NCBI GenBank assembly: GCA_026625185.1
Contig: CP113000.1
Location: 1,575,622 to 1,607,621 of the forward strand
Direction of reading: 5' to 3'
Length of the DNA: 32,000 nucleotides
Source of the DNA: Thermodesulfobacteriota bacterium
Lineage (GTDB): Bacteria; Desulfobacterota; WTBG01; JAGOGO01
Part shown: piece after piece, positions 16,742-23,964 of the stretch
Position numbering within the stretch: position 1 is the first letter of the stretch
Layout: every line of letters begins with the position of its first letter
Notes under the pieces: generated by a model
The model's input: only the letters and a program-made list of their open reading frames with translations
Told to the model about the DNA's origin: nothing
Databases searched by the model: none
Program-made: the position numbers and the translations under genes

Positions 16742-19700
16742 ATGTCTATAAGATCAAAACTTACCACCATGTTCCTGGCAATTGCTTTTATCCCTCTTTT
16801 TTTAATCAGCGATATAATGTTTAATAATTATAAGGATGCTCTGGAGGCTAACCGTCTTAAGCAGCTCGAGAATCTGGCGAGGTATAAGGCGGATAAAATC
16901 GAGACATTCTTTGCGAATCTAAACATTTATTTCGGGTTATCTCAGGTTGAGTACGTCGTCAAGAAGAATCTTCCCGTGTTAAGCCGGCTTGCCCATGATC
17001 CTGGCAATTCGGAGTTTATCGCCGCCAAGCGGAGGCTTGACGGAGTTTACGGAAAGCTGCCATCGAACTTAGGCTTCTTTGATATCATGCTGACAAATTC
17101 GGAAGGCAAAGTCGTGTACTCAAGCAACCCCGAGCATTTTTCGAAAGAATTCCTGAAGTTCCTGCCTGACCCGCAACAAAAGGCGTTTAATGAAGGTAAA
17201 AATAAAATATACTTTTCGGATATATTTTTCACCAAAGCCGACAGACCGCGTATGCTGGCCACCGAACCGGCGCTTGATTTTGACGGTAATTTCATCGGGG
17301 TAATTGCCGCTGATGTCAATTTGTCGACCATTTATACGATGATTCAAGACGTAACCGGCTTGGGTGAGACCGGCGAGACGCTTATCGGGAAAAAAATAGG
17401 CGATCAGGCTGTTTTCTTGAATCCCCTCAGGCATGACCCCCGGGCTGCCCTTAAGAAACGCATCACCATCGGAGAGCCTACTGGTTGCGGCCTTCAAAGA
17501 GCTGTAAAGCGCCAGAAAGGGGTGGGCCAGTTCTTTGATTACCGGGGCAAGAAGGTTGTAGGCGCCTGGCAATATATCCCTTCTTTAGACTGGGGCGTGG
17601 TGGCTAAAATCGACACCGAGGAAGCATTTGTCGATATAGAAAACCTGAAGAAACTGGTATTGATGCTCCTGGTCATTACCAGTGTTTCAGCCGGCATCAT
17701 GGCATTTTCCATAGCGCGGTCAGTTGCCGAACCGATAAAAAAGCTCTCCAAAGCCGCTCAGATAATCGGCAGCGGAAACTTAGATTACAAAGTCGCAACC
17801 AATACAAAAGATGAATTAGGTCAGCTTTCAACGGTTTTTGACAAAATGGTCCAGGATTTGAAAAGTCTTGGTTTTTCCTGCGACACAGAGAGGCAGCGGT
17901 TATACAACGTTCTGGAGGCGCTGCCGGTTTACGTGGTGTTATTGTCTGAAGATTATCACGTGCCTTTCGCCAATAAATTTTTCCGCGAGCGTTTCGGAGA
18001 ATCCCACGGCAAGCGTTGCTATGAATACCTGTTTAACCGTATTGAGGCCTGCGAGAATTGCGAAACGTATAAAGTCATGAAAACCAATGCTCTCCACCAC
18101 TGGGAATGGCTGGGGCCTGACAACCGCAATTATGACATCTATGATTATCCCTTTGTTGACACCGACGGCTCCCGGATGATCCTAAAAATGGGCATTGACA
18201 TTACCGAGCGCAGGCAGGCAGAATTGGCAGTGCATAAAGAACGTCAGCGGCTCTTTGAAGTTTTGGAGACTTTACCGGCAATGATTTGTTTGTTTACGCC
18301 TGACTATAAGGTAGCTTTTGCCAACCGGGCTTTTAGGGATAAGTTCGGCGAGTCAGGCGGCCGGCGCTGTTATGAATATTGTTTTGGAGGCACCCAGCCG
18401 TGTGAGTTTTGCGAAGCATTCAAAGTCCTTGAAACCGGCAAACCCCAACACTGGGAGAAAGCTTTGCCGGGCGGCGCCGGCGTTATTGATGCTTATGATT
18501 TTCCTTTCACCGATGTTGATGGGTCGCACCTGATCCTCGAGATGGCTCTTGACATTACCGAACAAAAACGCACGCAAGAAAAGCTGCGCCAGTCTTACCA
18601 ATACACCCGCAGCCTTATCGAGGCATCTCTTGATCCTCTGGTAACTATCTCAGCCGAAGGAAAGATAACCGACGTCAACGAAGCCACTATTAAGGCGACC
18701 GGCTTATCGCGTCAAGAGCTGGTAGGCACTGAGTTTTTTCGGTATTTTACTGAGCCGGAAAAAGCCCGCGAAGGGTACCGGCAGGTTTTTGCTAAAGGGC
18801 AGGTTACCGATTATCCCCTCGCCCTTTGTCATAAGTCAGGCTCTATAACCGAAGTGTTATACAACGCAACCCTTTACCGAAACAAGGACGGTGAAATACA
18901 AGGGGTGTTTGCCGCTGCCCGGGACGTAACCGAACGGAACGAAATCGCGCGACGTACCAATGCTACGAATGCCCTGTTGACCATTTTCTCCAAGAAGTCT
19001 TCACGTAAGGATTATCTTGACGCATTGATTGGCCTCATTCAATCCTGGAGCGGCTGTCAGAATATCGGCATCCGCATCGTAAATGACAAAGGTTATATTC
19101 CCTATGAATCCTACACCGGTTTCAGTCGAGAATTCTGGAAATCCGAAAGTCGGCTTTCCTTGGAACACAGCCAATGTGTCTGCCCGCGGATTATTGCCGG
19201 AAATCCGGACCCGCGGGATGCCTCCATGATGACTCCGGGTGGTTCTTTTCATTGTGATGATACGGACGCTTTTGTTGCCCGACTCTCTCCGGAGGAAAAA
19301 ACGAGATTCAGAAATGTTTGTATCCAAATCGGATTTTTATCCCTTAGCGTCATCCCTATCCGCTACCGTGAGAAAGTGCTCGGCACAATTCATCTGGCCG
19401 ACAAAGAGAAAAAAAAGATACCGTTAGCCTTGGTTGAATTTCTTGAGTCGATTGCTCTCCTTACCGGAGAAGCAATTAACCGCTTCAATTTAGAGGATAA
19501 ACTTCGGGAGTCAGAAAGTCGTCTCCGGTTCCTCTCTTCCCAACTCCTTTCCTTGCAGGAAGATGAAAGAAAGCGGATATCCGCTGAACTTCACGACGAT
19601 ATTGCTGCTAAATTGGCTGCTATTAAATTTTCCCTCGAAAAAAGAGTATTACAAACAGGTAAAACAAATGACGAAGTGAACCAACCACTAAAGGACATTA

Positions 19701-20221
19701 TTTCTATGGTGTTAGATACGATCGTATCGACCCGAAGAATCATGGTTAATTTACGGCCGGCTATGATAGATGACCTTGGGATCCTGGCAACCTTAAACTG
19801 GTATTGCCGCGAATTTGAGCAAATTTTCGATACCATCCATTTAGAAAAACAAGTCAACATCGAGGAAACCGAAATTCCTGATCACTTAAAGATAGTTATT
19901 TTCCGGATTGTCCAGGAAGCAATGAATAACATTGCCAAACACAGCGGAGCAAGCAATATCTCCCTTGTTTTAGAAAAAACAAATGACTTCTTAATGTTAT
20001 CAATTGAGGATAATGGTCAAGGATTTGATGTGGAGAATAAAACCGTTAAAGCGGCGGAAATGATTCAGAGATTTGGAATGGTCAATATGGAAGAACGCGC
20101 CAGATTCTCAGGGGGAGATTTTTCGATCAAATCCTTGAAAGGAAAAGGGACGTTACTCAAAGTAACCTGGCCTTTAAAACCAATGAAAATGCCCTATCAC
20201 CTACGAATTGAGCCTTCTTGA
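16742..20221 (+). CDS. multi-domain sensor histidine kinase (TM-Cache-like-TM-HAMP, 2x Cys-motif PAS, PAS, GAF, HisKA_3, HATPase_c)
   Basis: 1159 aa. An N-terminal TM helix, a ~270-aa periplasmic region and a second TM helix (LVLMLLVITSVSAGIMAFSIA) are followed by HAMP (EPIKKLSKAAQIIGSGNLDYKV...DELGQLSTVFDKMVQDL). Two paralogous ~110-aa PAS-like repeats come next, then a canonical PAS (LDPLVTISAEGKITDVNEA...) and a Cys-containing GAF-like region. The HisKA_3 H-box is ERKRISAELHDDIAAKL and the N-box is IVQEAMNNIAKHS. The G-box reads DNGQGF...GKGT. Confidence 0.9.
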   Translation: MSIRSKLTTMFLAIAFIPLFLISDIMFNNYKDALEANRLKQLENLARYKADKIETFFANLNIYFGLSQVEYVVKKNLPVLSRLAHDPGNSEFIAAKRRLDGVYGKLPSNLGFFDIMLTNSEGKVVYSSNPEHFSKEFLKFLPDPQQKAFNEGKNKIYFSDIFFTKADRPRMLATEPALDFDGNFIGVIAADVNLSTIYTMIQDVTGLGETGETLIGKKIGDQAVFLNPLRHDPRAALKKRITIGEPTGCGLQRAVKRQKGVGQFFDYRGKKVVGAWQYIPSLDWGVVAKIDTEEAFVDIENLKKLVLMLLVITSVSAGIMAFSIARSVAEPIKKLSKAAQIIGSGNLDYKVATNTKDELGQLSTVFDKMVQDLKSLGFSCDTERQRLYNVLEALPVYVVLLSEDYHVPFANKFFRERFGESHGKRCYEYLFNRIEACENCETYKVMKTNALHHWEWLGPDNRNYDIYDYPFVDTDGSRMILKMGIDITERRQAELAVHKERQRLFEVLETLPAMICLFTPDYKVAFANRAFRDKFGESGGRRCYEYCFGGTQPCEFCEAFKVLETGKPQHWEKALPGGAGVIDAYDFPFTDVDGSHLILEMALDITEQKRTQEKLRQSYQYTRSLIEASLDPLVTISAEGKITDVNEATIKATGLSRQELVGTEFFRYFTEPEKAREGYRQVFAKGQVTDYPLALCHKSGSITEVLYNATLYRNKDGEIQGVFAAARDVTERNEIARRTNATNALLTIFSKKSSRKDYLDALIGLIQSWSGCQNIGIRIVNDKGYIPYESYTGFSREFWKSESRLSLEHSQCVCPRIIAGNPDPRDASMMTPGGSFHCDDTDAFVARLSPEEKTRFRNVCIQIGFLSLSVIPIRYREKVLGTIHLADKEKKKIPLALVEFLESIALLTGEAINRFNLEDKLRESESRLRFLSSQLLSLQEDERKRISAELHDDIAAKLAAIKFSLEKRVLQTGKTNDEVNQPLKDIISMVLDTIVSTRRIMVNLRPAMIDDLGILATLNWYCREFEQIFDTIHLEKQVNIEETEIPDHLKIVIFRIVQEAMNNIAKHSGASNISLVLEKTNDFLMLSIEDNGQGFDVENKTVKAAEMIQRFGMVNMEERARFSGGDFSIKSLKGKGTLLKVTWPLKPMKMPYHLRIEPS

Positions 20222-20371
20222 TTATCTTTAGCTGACCTGCTATCCCTTTCAAAAATTCCATCAAAAAATACTATCTTTTTTTTGTAACAATACATAATTG
20301 ACCCTATTTATCTTTCTAGAAAGAAGACCTAAATTACAATCATCCTCTTTTCCTCACTCTTCTCTTCATTT

Positions 20372-20400
20372 ATGGCCGGACAAAAAACTTGTCCGGCCAT
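20372..20400. terminator. bidirectional terminator between convergent kinase and regulator genes
   Basis: ATGGCCGGACAA-aaaac-TTGTCCGGCCAT forms a perfect 12-bp stem, with TTT following on the plus strand. Confidence 0.7.
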
Positions 20401-20433
20401 TTTCTCAAAAACGCCGGTTCACTATTTAAGTTT

Positions 20434-21087
20434 TTACTTGTTAACCAGCCCCTTTTCAATGGCAAAAGCGGTCAGAGCCGCGGTATTGTGCACTTTAAGC
20501 TTTTCCATGATATTTGCCCGGTGTTTTTCAACCGTTTTTTCGCTGAGGCACAGTAACTCGGCAATTTTTTTATTTTTGTATCCTTCCCCCACCAGTTTGA
20601 GAATTTCTCGCTCCCGTGCGGTAATGGTCTCCCATGATGATTTAGGCTTTAACTTTTTTTTCCCCTCCAAGTATCCTTCCAAAACTTTTTCGGATACCCC
20701 GGGACTAAAATAAGGCTTTCCCGAGAGAACGGTTTTTATGCCCGATATAAGCTCATCATGATTAGTATCTTTTAAACAATATCCGTCAGCGCCTGATCGA
20801 AAGGCCTCAAGTATGTACTCATCTTCTTCATGCACGGTTAAGGTTAAAATCTTTGTTTTCGGAGAAACTCGCTTGATATCTTTAATAGCCGACAAGCCGT
20901 TCATTTTTGGCATCGAGAGGTCTAAGAGAACAAGATCAGGCTGATAATTTTCAACGCAGCTTATGGCGCCAAACCCATCTTCTTCCTCACCCACTATCTC
21001 AAAATCACTCATGCCCAAGAGTGAGCGTAACCCTTCTCTCAAAATAGTGCAATCTTCCACAATCGCAATTCGGAATTTTTTTCCCAT
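20434..21087 (-). CDS. NarL/LuxR-family response regulator (REC + LuxR HTH)
   Basis: 217 aa. REC features are IAIVEDCTILREGL, the phospho-acceptor context LVLLDLSMPKMNG, and LTVHEED. The C-terminal HTH reads REREILKLVGEGYKNKKIAELLCLSEKTVEKHRANIMEKL. It is the expected partner type for a HisKA_3 kinase. Confidence 0.9.
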   Translation of the reverse strand: MGKKFRIAIVEDCTILREGLRSLLGMSDFEIVGEEEDGFGAISCVENYQPDLVLLDLSMPKMNGLSAIKDIKRVSPKTKILTLTVHEEDEYILEAFRSGADGYCLKDTNHDELISGIKTVLSGKPYFSPGVSEKVLEGYLEGKKKLKPKSSWETITAREREILKLVGEGYKNKKIAELLCLSEKTVEKHRANIMEKLKVHNTAALTAFAIEKGLVNK

Positions 21088-21302
21088 AATGTACCTGGTA
21101 AGAATCCGGGTAGAAAGGGCCCCCCAGTAACCTGAAGGACTAATTGATTTATTTCTAATTTATTTTTAATCGAATGTCAACTCTTTTAAAATAAATGATT
21201 GTACCCGCCAAAATACATAAAACTACTTATAGCTAATCTTTATATCAGGGAATAAAAACCTAAAAAGGAAATAACCGGCTGAACAAAAATAGTATTGTCG
21301 TT

Positions 21303-21755
21303 ATGGTTAGTATGAACGTTATATCATCAATTAATTTTCCATTATTTTTAAACCCAAAGAGAGAAAAAGTAATGAAGCCTAAAATTTTACTCGTTGACGA
21401 CGATAGCAACTTTCGAAAATTGATCAAAGAAACCTTATGTTTATCATTATCTTATTTATGCGTCAAGCAAGCAGGCGATGGAAAAGAGGCTTTCCAAAAA
21501 ATTGAGAACTCCCTTCCTGATATTATTTTTATGGACATAAGGTTACCCGGAGAAAACGGGCTGGTACTTACCAAAAAAATTAAAAAAATATATCCTGACA
21601 TTGAGGTTGCTATTCTTACCAGTTACGACCTCCCCGAATATCAAGAGGCAGCAATTGAAAATGGTGCAAAGTATTTTCTTTTGAAAAACACAATAATTCC
21701 CATGGGCATTATAAATATGGTCCAGGATTGGATTGATCGCCATGGCAAAACCTAA
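21303..21755 (+). CDS. single-domain CheY-like response regulator
   Basis: REC motifs are KILLVDDD, IIFMDIRLPGENG and ILTSYD. The likely true start is ATG 21372 (MKPKILLVDDD); the track start at 21303 adds 23 non-conserved residues. Confidence 0.8.
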   Translation: MVSMNVISSINFPLFLNPKREKVMKPKILLVDDDSNFRKLIKETLCLSLSYLCVKQAGDGKEAFQKIENSLPDIIFMDIRLPGENGLVLTKKIKKIYPDIEVAILTSYDLPEYQEAAIENGAKYFLLKNTIIPMGIINMVQDWIDRHGKT

Positions 21756-21810
21756 TGATCTTGTTAACAAAGGGCGAGATTTTCTTTTTATCTAAGAAAG
21801 TAGGCTTAAC

Positions 21811-22104
21811 ATGGCATCGGATTTTAAAATTCTCATGCATCAAAACTGTGACAATCTCCATCTAACGTTGGCCGGTCGTTTTGATGCGGCAGCAGCGCAG
21901 CAGCTGGTGGCCTTCCTAAAAGCTTATGGAGAGGGTGCGAGTAGTGTTTTTATCCATACCAGCAACATTAATCAGATAGATATCTCAGCCACTGATATTT
22001 TCCGGAGCGCGCTTTACAGTCTGAACAGCCATTTTTCCGCAAAACTCATTTTTACCGGAAAAGATGCCGCCTCCATAGCGCCAAAAAATAGTCAAATAGT
22101 ATGA
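21811..22104 (+). CDS. small STAS-like (anti-sigma-antagonist-fold) protein, tentative
   Basis: 97 aa. LHLTLAGRFDAAAAQQLVAFLK followed by VFIHTSNINQIDISATDIF resembles the STAS pattern 'l.l.G.ld...a..l...l......v.iDls.v.fiDssg'. Weak call by eye. Confidence 0.45.
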   Translation: MASDFKILMHQNCDNLHLTLAGRFDAAAAQQLVAFLKAYGEGASSVFIHTSNINQIDISATDIFRSALYSLNSHFSAKLIFTGKDAASIAPKNSQIV

Positions 22105-22238
22105 ACCAAGAAAATCTTGCACCTTCAAAAGTTGCGCGCATCATCCTGAAGAGGCTTTTTGATAAGGCTCTCACGACCGATGAAATTTCCCGGTTTATCA
22201 AAAACAGAATTAACCGATCAGAGGAGACCTTTTTATGA
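22101..22238 (+). CDS. 45-codon mini-ORF translationally coupled at both ends
   Basis: Not in the ORF track, which lists nothing shorter than 60 aa. Hand translation gives MNQENLAPSKVARIILKRLFDKALTTDEISRFIKNRINRSEETFL*. Its ATG overlaps the upstream stop (ATGA, 22101-22104) and its TGA overlaps the downstream ATG (ATGA, 22235-22238). Confidence 0.4.
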   Translation: MNQENLAPSKVARIILKRLFDKALTTDEISRFIKNRINRSEETFL

Positions 22239-22717
22239 CCAACAATAATATTCCCTTATTCTCGACTCTGAGTACGATGACTATCCAAAAGATGGTATCA
22301 CCTCACAGAGAAAAACAAGATCTTACCAAAGGCAAATGGTGCGATATCTTATTAGCTGATGATGATCTCAATATCTTGGAAAGCATTAGTTCATGTCTAA
22401 AAAATGATGGTTTCTCGATAACCAAAGCATCTGATGGGCGGGCTGCATTAGAAGCAATTAAGAAAAATTATTTTGATCTCATCATATCTGATCTCAACAT
22501 GCCGAGAGCAAATGGTCTTGCTGTCCTTAAAGAGGCAAAAATAGCAAACCCCGATACGATTGTGATCATTACGAGCGGCGATCAGGACTTTGAATCCGTT
22601 AGTGAAGCTTTTCATCTCGGTGCCGACAGTTATTTAGTAAAGCCTTTCGGACCAGATGAACTTTATCGGCACATTAATAAATGCTTTGAAGAATTGGAAC
22701 AGAAAAAAAGAGCATAA
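22235..22717 (+). CDS. response-regulator receiver domain, ending at an in-frame TAA that precedes a kinase core
   Basis: 160 aa with a GAGGAG RBS. REC motifs are ILLADDD, LIISDLNMPRANG, IITSGD and YLVKPF. The C-terminal EELEQKKRA looks like the start of a coiled-coil linker. The frame is the same as the downstream kinase pieces. Confidence 0.8.
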   Translation: MTNNNIPLFSTLSTMTIQKMVSPHREKQDLTKGKWCDILLADDDLNILESISSCLKNDGFSITKASDGRAALEAIKKNYFDLIISDLNMPRANGLAVLKEAKIANPDTIVIITSGDQDFESVSEAFHLGADSYLVKPFGPDELYRHINKCFEELEQKKRA

Positions 22718-23437
22718 TTTTCGATAAACATTTGCGCACCAAATGAACAAATTTTTACTATGCTGATGGTTGTTTCGCATGATATCCGCAGTCCGCTCAT
22801 TGCAATATCGGCGACGTTAAAACTGCTCATTCGGGAAGTTTACGGAAAAATTGATGAAAGTCCCAAACAAACCCTAAAAAACTTATACGCAAGAATTAAC
22901 CGCCTAAACGGAATTGCCGAGGATTACCTGGGGAAAGCGTCCGTAGTCACCGGAGAAGTGCAAACGGAGCGAAAAGCCCTTGATCTCCGGGAGGACATCA
23001 TCGATCCGATCCTGGACGAACTTTCTCCGGAAATAGAGCGCCACGGTATCATCATCGATAATCGCTTAGGCTCCATACCAGCAAACCAAATTTCCACAAG
23101 AGCGGACCGGATTTAACTCAAAATTGTTTTCCGAAATCTTTTTTGTAATGCCATAGAATACGGATGCCCGGGGGGTACAATATCTTTTGGTTTTGAAAAG
23201 CATGCCGAACACTATAAGCTTAATGTGTATAACAGCGGAGAACCTATCCCGGAGCAATATCGTTCCAAGCTGTTTACGAAATTTAGTCGAATAAAAAAAG
23301 ACAATAATGGAACCACCCATGGAACAGGCCTGGTCCTCTACCTGGTCAAGGAAATCATTCAAAAACATGGCGGGAATATTTGGTATGAAGCGAAAGAAAA
23401 CGGCTCAAATTTTTTATTTACCTTCCCCTGTGATTAA
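22718..23437 (+). pseudogene. HisKA + HATPase_c kinase core, in frame with the upstream REC and split by a second in-frame TAA
   Basis: Hand translation gives ...KKRA*FSINICAPNEQIFTMLMVVSHDIRSPL...(H-box)...STRADRI*LKIVFRNLFCNAIEYG (N-box)...GTGLVLYLVKEIIQKHGGNIWYE (G2 box). The stops are TAA 22715-22717 and TAA 23114-23116. Track ORFs 22760..23116 and 23225..23437 are both in the same frame as 22235..22717. The first Met leaves only 7 aa before the phospho-His, which is too short for a DHp helix. Confidence 0.7.
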
Positions 23438-23467
23438 CCATCAGCCCTTTTCTGCCTCCTCAACCGT

Positions 23468-23507
23468 AAAAAGGCTGGTTCTTTAAACAACCGGCCTTTT
23501 TATTTTT
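23468..23507 (+). terminator. rho-independent terminator after the kinase core
   Basis: AAGGCTGGTT-ctttaaac-AACCGGCCTT forms a 10-bp stem with one G-U pair, followed by TTTTTATTTTT. Confidence 0.65.
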
Positions 23508-23964
23508 CATCATAAAAAAACCCTGCTTCTTTCTCCAATAAACAAAAATCTTACCTCCCGAACCCCTCAGACATTAGGTAGCGCTTCAGTTCGTCTCCGG
23601 TACGATCTGTCATAATTTAACCTTTTCCAGGTCGGGTTAGGTGAAAAACTTACCCCCCCAGATATCCCCCATGGTTTTTTTCAGGTAAGAAAAAAATACA
23701 TTATTTCCCCTCACAAAATACCACAAAACCCCTATTCAATTTTATTTTCATTTTTCAGTACCATAGAAAAAAAAGAACCGCACCGGCTTTATTTTCGGCT
23801 GAAAAACTCCCAAAAGGGGCTGTCCTCTATTTGTAAGACCCGGTTCCTTAACGTTCATATAAAAACGAAGAAGAGTGGTATGAAAAAAAGTTTTCTCAAA
23901 AACCTCATTTACCCAAGGAGGTGCCCTCTTTAATTCATATCGTTAGGTTTTTTATAAGGAAAAG

